Origin: Fastidiosibacter lacustris | GTDB taxonomy: Bacteria; Pseudomonadota; Gammaproteobacteria; Francisellales; Francisellaceae | NCBI RefSeq assembly: GCF_003428155.1 | Contig: NZ_QLIR01000002.1 | Location: forward strand, 210,001-242,000 | Direction: 5' to 3' | DNA: 32,000 bases | Shown here: positions 17,414 through 26,498 of the stretch, piece after piece | Numbering within the stretch: the stretch's first letter is position 1 | Layout: every line of letters begins with the position of its first letter | Notes under the pieces: generated by a model | What the model was told of the DNA's origin: nothing | What the model saw: only the letters and a program-made list of their open reading frames with translations | Databases searched by the model: none | Program-made: the position numbers and the translations under genes

Positions 17414-18139
17414 ATGAATAAAAATATGTGGCAAAATTCAACTTGTCAAAAACACACAAAATGCAAGGCGAGCAAGTCTGTGAAATGGTCTATCGGTGTA
17501 TATGCCTTGCGAAACTTAAGTTATTTTATTAGCGTTAGTTTTATGGCTATTTTTATTAGTTCTTGTACGACTATCAGCATACCTAAATCACCATTATTGA
17601 CAAGTCAAAACCCAGAAAGCCAATGGCAAAACTATCAAAGAATCTTAACCACTCTAACCACTTGGCAAGTTTCTGGTGTGGTTGGTGTTGTAATGAATCA
17701 AAAAGGTGAATCTGCCAATTTTATTTGGAAACAAAACAAAAATTCTTTCTGGATCCAAATTTATGGTCCGCTTGGCTTAGGTGCAACAACGTTTGAAGGA
17801 GATACTAATACTCAAGAAGTAACTTTAAAGCGTAGTAATGGTGAAACTGTTAAAGCTAAAAGCTTACAAATATTAATGCAATCTCAATTAGGTTGGAGCA
17901 TCCCTATTGCTGGGCTTTACTACTGGGTACGTGGTTTATACATCCCTAATGCTGCACATATACTTACACTTAATGAATATGGATTAATCCAAAATTTACA
18001 CCAACAAGGCTGGATGATTGATTACAGTCGTTATATGTTATTTGCCCATAAATATCCACTTGCTGAAAAAATGATATTTCGTTATGGTGAGGACTTAAAA
18101 ATTACCTTGATTATTAAAATATGGCAACTCAATCCTTAA
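17414..18139 (+). CDS. lolB: Outer-membrane lipoprotein LolB (start uncertain: 17336, 17414 or GTG 17480)
   Basis: A lipobox-like FISSC is followed by LolB-type sequence (WQVSGVVGVVMNQKGESANFIWKQ..., IQIYGPLGLGATTFEG, LGWSIPIAGLYYWVRGL). It sits immediately upstream of and overlapping ispE, the conserved lolB-ispE arrangement. Confidence 0.8.
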   Translation: MNKNMWQNSTCQKHTKCKASKSVKWSIGVYALRNLSYFISVSFMAIFISSCTTISIPKSPLLTSQNPESQWQNYQRILTTLTTWQVSGVVGVVMNQKGESANFIWKQNKNSFWIQIYGPLGLGATTFEGDTNTQEVTLKRSNGETVKAKSLQILMQSQLGWSIPIAGLYYWVRGLYIPNAAHILTLNEYGLIQNLHQQGWMIDYSRYMLFAHKYPLAEKMIFRYGEDLKITLIIKIWQLNP

Positions 18140-18957
18140 TTTATCCTTCATTTGCTAAAATAAATCTATTTTTACACATTACAGGTAAGCGTCACGATGG
18201 TTACCATGATCTGCAAACGTGGTTTCAATTTATCGATTTAAAAGACTATTTGCATTTTACACCACGCCAAGACAATGAGATCTCGATTTTAAGCAACATT
18301 AAAATCACAGAGCTCTATAACAATTTAGTTTATAAGGCTTCAAATGCACTCAAAGCCTTTGCTCAGAATCCAATTGGTTTTGACATTTTTATTGAAAAGA
18401 ATATTCCACTAGGGGCTGGTCTTGGCGGTGGCAGCAGTAATGCTGCTACCACCCTTATTGCACTTAACACACTGTGGCAATGCAATTTATCAAATGAAAT
18501 GCTCCATGCAATTGGTGTCAAGCTTGGTGCCGATGTTCCTATATTTTTATTCCAAAAAGCAGCTTGGGCAGAAGGCATAGGTGAATTACTTACTGAGAAA
18601 CCCTATATTGAACAATATGCTTTGATTATAAAACCCAATTTTCATGCCTCAACTGCTAAACTTTTTAATCACCCAAGTCTCAATAAACATAAGCCACTAT
18701 TAGATAAAAATGCTGAAATAGACTTGTCGCAACAAGAAAATGTATTTTTAATCGCTATATCGAACCTCTATCCAGATGTTTGCCAAGAGTTAAATAAATT
18801 GCCTGATGCTAATCAACTAAAGCTGACAGGAACAGGTGCTTGTTTTTACCTATTGAATCCAGATCTTGATCGCCTTTTACAAAATAAGAAAAACTTAAAA
18901 AAAGATATTGACAGTTGGATAGTTAAGACATTAAACTTTGCTCCTGTCGAAAGATGA
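18121..18957 (+). CDS. ispE: 4-(cytidine 5'-diphospho)-2-C-methyl-D-erythritol kinase
   Basis: The ORF is a 278-aa GHMP kinase: PSFAKINLFLHITGKRHDGYHDLQT and IPLGAGLGGGSSNAATTLIALN. It overlaps lolB by 19 nt. Confidence 0.9.
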   Translation: MATQSLIYPSFAKINLFLHITGKRHDGYHDLQTWFQFIDLKDYLHFTPRQDNEISILSNIKITELYNNLVYKASNALKAFAQNPIGFDIFIEKNIPLGAGLGGGSSNAATTLIALNTLWQCNLSNEMLHAIGVKLGADVPIFLFQKAAWAEGIGELLTEKPYIEQYALIIKPNFHASTAKLFNHPSLNKHKPLLDKNAEIDLSQQENVFLIAISNLYPDVCQELNKLPDANQLKLTGTGACFYLLNPDLDRLLQNKKNLKKDIDSWIVKTLNFAPVER

Positions 18958-18958
18958 C

Positions 18959-18983
18959 AACCCTTGAAGTTAAAGGGTTTTAT
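18959..18983 (+). terminator. Candidate weak intrinsic terminator / processing hairpin after ispE
   Basis: A 7-bp stem AACCCTT/AAGGGTT with a 7-nt loop is followed by TTAT. It starts 2 nt after the ispE stop and lies about 10 nt before tRNA-Gln. The T-tract is short. Confidence 0.35.
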
Positions 18984-18992
18984 CGTCAAGAT

Positions 18993-19067
18993 TGGGCTGT
19001 CGCCAAGCGGTAAGGCAACGGGTTTTGATCCCGTCATACCTAGGTTCGAATCCTAGCAGCCCAGCCA
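18993..19067 (+). tRNA. tRNA-Gln (anticodon UUG)
   Basis: The 75-nt sequence TGGGCTGTCGCCAAGCGGTAAGGCAACGGGTTTTGATCCCGTCATACCTAGGTTCGAATCCTAGCAGCCCAGCCA folds as a cloverleaf. The acceptor is TGGGCTG/CAGCCCA, the anticodon loop is TTTTGAT, the T-arm contains GGTTCGAATCC, and CCA is encoded. It is very close to E. coli tRNA-Gln. Confidence 0.93.
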
Positions 19068-19124
19068 TAAACTCCTATAATACTCCTTATATTTCGGGTT
19101 ACAGTTAGAGATGTAAAATAAGTC

Positions 19125-19174
19125 TAAAAAATGTCTCTTTTTACTGTTTAGTGATCTTGATATTTGAGAGTTCT
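19125..19174 (-). repeat. Copy B of the ~50-nt element (inverted relative to copy A at 878-956), with only two degenerate hexamer units
   Basis: The reverse complement reads AGAACTCTCAAATATCAAGATCACTAAACAGTAAAAAGAGACATTTTTTA. See copy A for the alignment. Confidence 0.75.
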
Positions 19175-19377
19175 TGCAAGTAGACAAGATTGATCAAAGG
19201 TTTTAATATAAACTGATAGACTTAAGTTATTTTTGAGACATTACTAAGCTTTAAATTAAATTATGTAATGTTGAAATTTTAAGTTTTTATTAAGCTTTAG
19301 CTTTTAATTTTGTGTTGTCTTTGTTCACTTATCTTGAGTGAATTTATTTAACTTCAACTTAAAAATGAGGAAAAGCA

Positions 19378-19983
19378 ATGAAAAAATTAGTATTAGTATT
19401 AGGTTTAGCTGCTGCTTCAACAACTATTTTTGCAACTGGTTATCAGGTCTATAGTGAACCAAATAAAAATTCACAAGTTATTTCTCAATTAACAGACCAA
19501 AACCAAAATCAATATATCCAATTTTACCAGCAAGATGACTGGGTGAAGGTAGCAAATACTCAAACAGGAGCAGTTGGCTGGGTAGATACGGCAAAAATGC
19601 AACAATCACAAGCTAAATATCAAAATGCTATTAATGCATTAACTGCTGAGCAAAAGCAACTTGAAGCGCAACGACAATTATTTGAGCAAAACTATCAACA
19701 AGCCGTTTCTCATTTGCAACAAAAAGTGCAACGATTACAGCAACAAATGAATGCAAAAACTGAGCAACCAATTCCAAATGTGCAAGTAAACGATCAACCT
19801 GTAGTACAGAATCAAACCCAAACAAATATTCAACGTTCATTTAATGCGATAAGTATAAAAACGAATTCAGACGGAAAAACAGCGACAGTGACAAAAGAAT
19901 GGTTAGGGAATGATGGTAAAATTCATAAGGAAACTAAACAAGTTACTTTAAGTGACTTACAAAATACATCTTTGAATTTCTGA
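19378..19983 (+). CDS. Secreted hypothetical protein: signal peptide, SH3b-like segment, Gln-rich coiled coil
   Basis: The ORF is 201 aa, with SD GAGGAA upstream. It has a Sec signal (MKKLVLVLGLAAASTTIFA), an SH3b-like motif (YQVYSEPNKNSQVISQL...DDWVKVANTQTGAVGWVD) and a Q-rich heptad region (EQKQLEAQRQLFEQNYQQAVSHLQQKVQRLQQQMN). I recognise no specific family. Confidence 0.6.
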   Translation: MKKLVLVLGLAAASTTIFATGYQVYSEPNKNSQVISQLTDQNQNQYIQFYQQDDWVKVANTQTGAVGWVDTAKMQQSQAKYQNAINALTAEQKQLEAQRQLFEQNYQQAVSHLQQKVQRLQQQMNAKTEQPIPNVQVNDQPVVQNQTQTNIQRSFNAISIKTNSDGKTATVTKEWLGNDGKIHKETKQVTLSDLQNTSLNF

Positions 19984-20018
19984 GTTTTGACAATATCTGA
20001 CAAAGTCAATTTTAAGGA

Positions 20019-21215
20019 TCAATTTTTAATGTTTCTATTGAGTTGAATGCGATGAGTTAGAATAATGCTGACAAGCGCGCATATTGCCAATGTGGATAAA
20101 ATAATAGACAGTGGTAATTGACTTTTTAGTGGTATAAAAGCAGCAAGAGCAGTTAAGATTCCAGCACCTAAATTTTGTGTACCTCCTAAAACTGCTCCTG
20201 CCGTTCCTGCAATATTGGGAAACGCTTCTAATGCCTTAGTTGTTGCAGTTGGAAAAATAATGCCACAGCCTAGAAAATAAATGCAACCAGGTAAAATAAT
20301 ACCTAAGCTTGTGATCCCAACTAAGTAATAAGATAAAATCATAGTAATTCCACTTATGAATAAAGTAACACAGCCAATCAGTAACAAATGATCTAAGCTA
20401 TATACGCGAGCAAGTCTAGCTGAAAGAAAGCTACCAAACATATAAAATGGTAAAGGAATAATAAACAACAAACTTGTGATTGCTGGAGAAAATTGCAAAA
20501 TAGAAGTAAAAAGTGCACCAGAGCTCACTTCAAATATGGCGATACCACTATTAGCAACAATCAAAAGAATCAGATTTATGATAAAGTTGGAATTGCAAAA
20601 CACAAGTTTATATTTAGAAAATACATTTCCACGGGCAGATCTTTGTAAGTTTGTTTCAGGGAAGAAAGCCCACTGGATAATAAAGAGCAAGATCCCATAA
20701 ATACTTAAGAATACGAAAATTGCACGCCAACTATGTAGATCGGAAAATAAACCACCTAGTAAAGGTGCGATAAGTGGTGAAAAAATAAGTGCAATTGCCA
20801 TAATGCTATTTGCACTATGTAGCTTTAATCCAGAGTACAAATCACGCATCACTGTCCTTACCATGACACCAGCAACTGCTGTACCACTACCCTGTAGAAA
20901 GCTTGCACATAAGAGTGTTACAAAATGTGTTGAGAATATTGCTAAGGTGGAACCCAACGTAAAAAAGATGATCCCAACTAAAATCATAGGTCTACGACCA
21001 AAGCGATCAGAGTAAGGACCGTAAACAAACTGTAATAAGCCATAAGGGAAAAGGTAACAAGCAATAACTGCCTGCATTCTACCTACACTTACTGAAAAAT
21101 CATGTGCCATTTGGGTCATTGCAGGAACGTATATAGTGTTTGTCATTTGTCCCGCAGCTGTCAAAATAATAATCAAACTTAAAATTCGGTAGAAATTACG
21201 ATCAAAGGTTGCCAT
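20019..21215 (-). CDS. MFS drug-resistance transporter, Bcr/CflA subfamily
   Basis: The ORF is 398 aa with about 12 TM segments and motif A (GPYSDRFGRRPMILVG). The N-terminal region (ILSLIIILTAAGQMTNTIYVPAMTQMAHDF) is typical of the Bcr/CflA family. Confidence 0.75.
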   Translation of the reverse strand: MATFDRNFYRILSLIIILTAAGQMTNTIYVPAMTQMAHDFSVSVGRMQAVIACYLFPYGLLQFVYGPYSDRFGRRPMILVGIIFFTLGSTLAIFSTHFVTLLCASFLQGSGTAVAGVMVRTVMRDLYSGLKLHSANSIMAIALIFSPLIAPLLGGLFSDLHSWRAIFVFLSIYGILLFIIQWAFFPETNLQRSARGNVFSKYKLVFCNSNFIINLILLIVANSGIAIFEVSSGALFTSILQFSPAITSLLFIIPLPFYMFGSFLSARLARVYSLDHLLLIGCVTLFISGITMILSYYLVGITSLGIILPGCIYFLGCGIIFPTATTKALEAFPNIAGTAGAVLGGTQNLGAGILTALAAFIPLKSQLPLSIILSTLAICALVSIILTHRIQLNRNIKN

Positions 21216-21721
21216 AGTAGCATCTGAATTAAGTGGCTCATAAATTTGTTGTCATAATATCCTAAAATAAGAAAAATAAAAGTATTGTAATTGTTATTTT
21301 GGGGTAACCTTAACTGAATAGACTCCTTATCTGTATATGTATTGCCTGAAGCAATATCTAGGCTTAAAAGCCTTATAAACTCAATTCCTGATCATCAGCT
21401 GTTATTAGACGGCAAACTAATAGCCCTATGAGATTAGTGAAATGCAAAAAGTAGAAGATTTGTACCCAACTCTTTCGAGATAGAACTATAAAAATGAATT
21501 ATTATCTTTGATAATTTGGAGAAATTGCATATGGGAGTGGGAATTATAATTTGTGTAGCATTAGCTATATTGCATCACAATTCGTTTAATGCTGAAAAGG
21601 CTGATATATCAAAAATAAATAATTTTGTGACAGACTGTAGGGTTCAAAGCTAAAAAGGCTGTAAATAAGTATATGATATGTATATACTGCCAAGCCAAAG
21701 AGACAAGCAAGCTTTTACATT

Positions 21722-22510
21722 ATGTTACTTACTTTAGACGTTGGCAATTCACATATCCATGCAGGAGTTTTTAACCAAGATGAGTTGGTTTTGCAGTTTC
21801 GTTATACTACTGCATCTGCGCATGGTAGTTCAGATCAAATTGGTATTTTCTTGCGCCAAGCGTTGCATGAAAATAAAATTAACTCTAAGACGATTACAGG
21901 AGTAGCTGTGGCTTCAGTTGTGCCTGCAATTAATTATTCTTTGCGTTCTGCAGTTTTAAAATATTTTGACCTTGAACCTTTTTTTCTACAACCAGGTGTG
22001 AAAACAGGTTTAAAAATGCAAGTAGCAACGCCAAAGGAAGTTGGTGCAGACAGAATTGCCGGCTGTATAGCGGCAGTGCAATTATTTCCAAATACAGATA
22101 TTTTGGTTATAGATTTGGGAACAGCTACCGTATTTGACGTTGTGCGTAAAGATAAGACATATTTGAGTGGGGCTATTTTGCCAGGCGTGCGAGTTTCTTT
22201 AGATGCACTAAGTGCAAGTGCAGCACAACTTTCATCAGTGAGTATTGTAAAACCACAGATAGTAATTGGTAAAGATACTGATACTAATTTGCAATCAGGC
22301 ATATATTATGGACATCTAGGTGCGTTAAAAGAGCTTAAATCAGCGATGATTAATGAGATTAATGTAGAGGCAAATGAAGTTGTTACAATTGCAACGGGTG
22401 GTTTTTCACAGTTGTTTAACGTTAAAGGATTGTTTGATATGATCGTGCCAGATCTGGTTTTACAAGGTATTAAAATAGCCTTTGATAAAAATAAAATACA
22501 AGAGAAATAA
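21722..22510 (+). CDS. coaX: Type III pantothenate kinase
   Basis: The ORF is a 262-aa ASKHA fold: MLLTLDVGNSHIHAGVF, VGADRIAG, VIDLGTATVFDVV, IATGG. Confidence 0.85.
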   Translation: MLLTLDVGNSHIHAGVFNQDELVLQFRYTTASAHGSSDQIGIFLRQALHENKINSKTITGVAVASVVPAINYSLRSAVLKYFDLEPFFLQPGVKTGLKMQVATPKEVGADRIAGCIAAVQLFPNTDILVIDLGTATVFDVVRKDKTYLSGAILPGVRVSLDALSASAAQLSSVSIVKPQIVIGKDTDTNLQSGIYYGHLGALKELKSAMINEINVEANEVVTIATGGFSQLFNVKGLFDMIVPDLVLQGIKIAFDKNKIQEK

Positions 22511-22514
22511 ATAA

Positions 22515-23087
22515 ATGCGACCAACTAGGGAACAAGCAGAACAAGCAATAAAAACGTTATTAGAATATATAGGTGAAAATCCAAATCGCGAAGGGCTAAT
22601 TGATACACCTAAGCGCGTCATAAAATCGTATGATGAGTTTTTTAAAGGGTATTCAGAAGAGCCAGAAGAAATTTTAGCAAAAACCTTTGAGGATGTTGAA
22701 GGTTATGATGAGATTGTATTGTTAAAAAACATGCGTTTAGAATCGTATTGCGAACATCATATGGTCCCGATTGTCGGCAAGGCTCATGTTGCTTATTTAC
22801 CTAATGGTAAAGTCGTGGGAATTAGCAAAATTGCACGTGTAGTAGACGTGTATTCAAAACGGTTACAAACCCAAGAGCGCTTAACGATGCAAATTGCTTT
22901 AGCGATTGAGAAAGCCTTAATTCCCAAAGGGGTTGCTGTCATCATTGACTCTATGCACCAATGTATGACAACACGAGGCGTACGTAAGTCTGAAACCTCA
23001 ACGGTTACAAGTTGCATGCGTGGCATTTTTAGGCGTGATGAAAAAAGTAGAAGTGAATTGATGTTACTTATTTCAGGGTTAAATTAA
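22515..23087 (+). CDS. folE: GTP cyclohydrolase I (FolE, type 1)
   Basis: The ORF is 190 aa: REGLIDTPKRV, SYCEHHMVPIVGKAHVAYLPNGKVVGISKIARVVDVYSKRLQTQERLT, HQCMTTRGV. Confidence 0.9.
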   Translation: MRPTREQAEQAIKTLLEYIGENPNREGLIDTPKRVIKSYDEFFKGYSEEPEEILAKTFEDVEGYDEIVLLKNMRLESYCEHHMVPIVGKAHVAYLPNGKVVGISKIARVVDVYSKRLQTQERLTMQIALAIEKALIPKGVAVIIDSMHQCMTTRGVRKSETSTVTSCMRGIFRRDEKSRSELMLLISGLN

Positions 23088-23178
23088 GATTCCAAATTAA
23101 CCATAAAGCTATAAAAAAGCTTGGTTTAATGTGTATTATTTATATAATAATTGAATCATAAATTCACCTAATCATGTA

Positions 23179-23751
23179 ATGAAAAAGTTGCTGATACTCT
23201 TAGTGTGCTATTGCCTTGTAGGATGCGCTAGTACACATGAAATTATCACAAGCTCAATGCAAAAAACAGTTGCGGCTCCAATAAATGATGTTCATTATGT
23301 AGATAAATTAGTAAAATTACCTAAAAATGCGACAGCTTACCTTGCTTACCCTAATAATGGATATGATGATTTGCATAGCTATCCACAAAGTGGTAAAAAA
23401 GCAATTAATGTGATTAATCAAAGTTTTAAATCTTATTTTAGAGAGCTACATTGCGCTAAAGATTTCAGATCCGCACAGTTTGAATATTTGGCAGCTAGAG
23501 AAAAAAATTACGACTATTTTATTTTGCCGCGTATTACTAAGTGGACAGATAGCTATACACTATTTACAGGAATAGCAGATGAAGTAGTAATGAATTTAAA
23601 GATTTATGATTTAAAAACAAACACACTCATCAATGAGATAAGAATCAACAGTCAAAGCTCAAAAGTACCAGGTTTTGAAAAATCACCATCAGAGTTGTTA
23701 CAAGAACCACTATCGGCAATTGCGAGTCATTTATTTATAGATGAGATGTAG
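23179..23751 (+). CDS. Hypothetical lipoprotein
   Basis: The ORF is 190 aa with a lipoprotein signal and lipobox (MKKLLILLVCYCLVGC|AS). No catalytic motifs are recognised. Confidence 0.6.
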   Translation: MKKLLILLVCYCLVGCASTHEIITSSMQKTVAAPINDVHYVDKLVKLPKNATAYLAYPNNGYDDLHSYPQSGKKAINVINQSFKSYFRELHCAKDFRSAQFEYLAAREKNYDYFILPRITKWTDSYTLFTGIADEVVMNLKIYDLKTNTLINEIRINSQSSKVPGFEKSPSELLQEPLSAIASHLFIDEM

Positions 23752-23760
23752 GTTATAAGC

Positions 23761-24282
23761 ATGGATAAAGAAAGACTCACCGAAGCTTATGCAATTTTAC
23801 CAATGGAATTTACTGAGAATCACGAACTTCCCTTTTTTGATGAATGTGATTTACACGATTTAATTGATGCTGGTGAAGACGTTTTTAAACGTAAGGTTAT
23901 GATGACTAAAGAAACATATCACGCTTGGCAGATGATGCAAAAAATTGCGCAACGTGAAGGCGTGTCATTACTGATTGTGTCAGCATTTCGAAGCTATACC
24001 TATCAGGCTAAGATTATTGCCAATAAGTTAGCAAAAGGACTGTCATTAAATGAGATCTTAAAAGTTTCTGCTTTACCTGGATTTAGTGAGCATCACACAG
24101 GAAGAGCTCTTGATTTAACCACTGATGATGAAAAGCAAGTTTTAACACAAGCCTTTGAGAATACAAAAGCGTTTCAGTGGCTTACACAAAATGCACATAA
24201 ATTTAACTTTTATCTTAGTTATTCACGGAATAATAGTTATGGCTTTATTTATGAACCCTGGCATTGGTGTTATAAATCCTAG
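23761..24282 (+). CDS. Peptidase M15B (VanY-like D-alanyl-D-alanine carboxypeptidase family), no signal peptide
   Basis: The ORF is 173 aa with the M15B zinc/catalytic motifs SAFRSYTYQ, PGFSEHHTGRALDL (SxHxxGxAxD) and YEPWHW. Confidence 0.75.
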   Translation: MDKERLTEAYAILPMEFTENHELPFFDECDLHDLIDAGEDVFKRKVMMTKETYHAWQMMQKIAQREGVSLLIVSAFRSYTYQAKIIANKLAKGLSLNEILKVSALPGFSEHHTGRALDLTTDDEKQVLTQAFENTKAFQWLTQNAHKFNFYLSYSRNNSYGFIYEPWHWCYKS

Positions 24283-24330
24283 TACGGTTATGTTATGCTT
24301 TTTATTCCTATAACAAAATTCTAAATCAAC

Positions 24331-25119
24331 ATGTTACAGCATTATGCTTTGGTGCTTGAGTATTGTGGCACTAAATACAGTGGTTGGCAAAGGCAAATAC
24401 ATAGTAAGAGTGTACAAGAAGTATTAGAAAATGCTTTATCACAAATTGCTAATCAAAAAATACAAGTGGTATGTGCAGGGCGTACAGATGCAGGTGTTCA
24501 TGCTACTGCTCAAGTGGTGCATTTCTCGACAACAGCAGTTAGAAAGTTGCAAGCATGGGTATTAGGTACTAATGCGCATTTGCCAAACGATATTAAGATT
24601 AGTTGTGCCTATCAAGTAGATGTAAATTTTAGCGCACGCTTTAGCGCATTATATCGCCGCTATCAATATGTTATTTATCAACATAAAACCAGCAGTGCTT
24701 TATGGTATGAGCGTAGTACATGGTTTAACCAAAACCTAGACATATTGGGCATGAATGAAGCTTGCCAGTATCTTCTTGGTGAGCAAGATTTTAGTGTATT
24801 TCGTTCATCACAATGCCAATCACTTAGCACTAATCGGAATATTCACCATGCTTATTTTACGCAAAAAAACGCATTCATCATATTTGATATTCAAGGTAAT
24901 GCTTTTTTGCATCACATGGTAAGAAATATTGTTGGATCGATGTTAGAGGTGGGTTTGTCTAAACGCACGCCACAGTGGATACAAACGCTTATTGCAAAAA
25001 AAGATCGCACATTAGCAGGTCAAACTGCGCCAGCTCAGGGTTTATATTTAATTGAGGTGGGCTATCCGGAGCATCTAGGCATTAAAGCATATCAATATGT
25101 TCCATTTATTCATCATTAA
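24331..25119 (+). CDS. truA: tRNA pseudouridine(38-40) synthase
   Basis: The ORF is 262 aa: LEYCGTKYSGWQRQ, AGRTDAGVHA (catalytic Asp), FLHHMVRNIVGS. Confidence 0.9.
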   Translation: MLQHYALVLEYCGTKYSGWQRQIHSKSVQEVLENALSQIANQKIQVVCAGRTDAGVHATAQVVHFSTTAVRKLQAWVLGTNAHLPNDIKISCAYQVDVNFSARFSALYRRYQYVIYQHKTSSALWYERSTWFNQNLDILGMNEACQYLLGEQDFSVFRSSQCQSLSTNRNIHHAYFTQKNAFIIFDIQGNAFLHHMVRNIVGSMLEVGLSKRTPQWIQTLIAKKDRTLAGQTAPAQGLYLIEVGYPEHLGIKAYQYVPFIHH

Positions 25120-25358
25120 AATGAGGTTTTGATTATGTCGTGTAGGTTTTATTTAGAACTGCTAATTTATATTTGGTTTTCCTCTATAAGCTTGCTATAT
25201 TGCCGATGGCAGAAATATGCTTGCAGAATTCACTTTTAATTTTATCAGTCAAATTATAAGCTTGATTTAACTTGGGTTTAGATTGGTGAACGAGCGTTAA
25301 GATAATTTTGCAAGTATTTCGTTATGAATTGTAAATTGAGTTAAGTTGGAGGAACAAG

Positions 25359-26498
25359 ATGATTATTGGTATTCCTAAAGAAATTAAAAATCATGAATAT
25401 CGTGTTGGGTTAACACCTGGGAATGTTGCAGAGTTTGTTCATCATGGTCATAGCGTATTGGTTGAACATGATGCAGGTGATGCAATAGGGTTTTCAAATG
25501 AAAGTTATATAGAGGCGGGTGCAAGCATTGTTGATGATCCAGCCCAAATATATGCTAAAGCTGATATGATTATTAAAGTAAAGGAGCCTCAACCTAATGA
25601 ATGTAAAATGCTGCGAAAAGGACAGCTCCTGTTTACTTATTTGCATTTAGCACCTGATCCATTACAAACGAAACTCTTATTGGAATCAGGCTGTACTGCG
25701 ATTGCTTATGAAATGGTTACTGATAAAAATGGTCGATTACCTTTATTAACTCCAATGAGTGAGGTGGCGGGGCGCTTGTCTGTGCAAGCTGGTGCCCATT
25801 GCCTAGAAAAAGCTCAAGGCGGTAGTGGTGTGCTTTTAGGTGGTGTGCCAGGTGTGAAATCAGCAAAAGTTGTAGTTATTGGTGGGGGTGTTGTGGGTTT
25901 AAATGCAATTCGCATGGCGATTGGTATGGAAGCACATGTAACGGTGTTAGACAAATCTCTAGATCGCCTACGGGAATTAGATGATTATTTTGGTCCTAAA
26001 CTTAATTGTATCTATGCAACGAAGGATAACCTTGAAAAATATGTGCAAGAAGCAGATTTGGTGATCGGTGCAGTATTAGTGCCAGGGGCGGCTGCACCTA
26101 AACTTGTAACAAGAGAAATGATCAAAAATATGAAAAAAGGTTCAGTCGTTGTTGATGTTGCCATTGATCAAGGAGGCTGTTTTGAAACTTCAAGACCAAC
26201 AACGCATCAAAACCCGACCTATGTAGTTGATGGTGTGGTGCATTATTGTGTTGCTAATATGCCAGGTGCGGTTGCAAGAACCTCAACGGTTGCTTTAAAT
26301 AACGCGACGCTTCCGTTTGCATTGCAACTTGCTAACAAAGGTTATAAGAAGGCAATTGTTGAGAATGTGCATCTAGAGCATGGCTTAAGCGTTCATAATG
26401 GAATGCTAACTTCACTGCCAGTGGCGGAAGCCTTAAACATTCCTTATGTAAATCCTCTGGAAGCCTTAAATAGCAAAGGACAAGCATTTGTGGCATAA
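25359..26498 (+). CDS. ald: Alanine dehydrogenase
   Basis: The ORF is 379 aa with SD GGAGGA upstream: [20 protein letters not shown], an NAD-binding GGGVVG, and [19 protein letters not shown]. Confidence 0.9.
   Translation: MIIGIPKEIKNHEYRVGLTPGNVAEFVHHGHSVLVEHDAGDAIGFSNESYIEAGASIVDDPAQIYAKADMIIKVKEPQPNECKMLRKGQLLFTYLHLAPDPLQTKLLLESGCTAIAYEMVTDKNGRLPLLTPMSEVAGRLSVQAGAHCLEKAQGGSGVLLGGVPGVKSAKVVVIGGGVVGLNAIRMAIGMEAHVTVLDKSLDRLRELDDYFGPKLNCIYATKDNLEKYVQEADLVIGAVLVPGAAAPKLVTREMIKNMKKGSVVVDVAIDQGGCFETSRPTTHQNPTYVVDGVVHYCVANMPGAVARTSTVALNNATLPFALQLANKGYKKAIVENVHLEHGLSVHNGMLTSLPVAEALNIPYVNPLEALNSKGQAFVA

Noticed and set aside
21934-22302. Many 60-120-aa ORFs in the supplied track lie antisense to or inside larger genes (e.g. 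198-395, 1900-2151, 2006-2197, 3405-3662, 8625-8909, 12053-12301, 13250-13525, 18363-18578, 20476-20700, 21934-22302, 22306-22524, 22793-23026, 30533-30766).
   Set aside because: Each is fully embedded in a longer ORF with clear family motifs. They have odd compositions and no ribosome-binding sites. They are typical shadow ORFs of an AT-rich sequence.
26466-26498. The 33-nt convergent overlap of the ald and zur 3' ends could be an antisense regulatory device.
   Set aside because: Short convergent overlaps are common in compact genomes. Nothing else supports regulation, so it is mentioned only under the zur operon finding.
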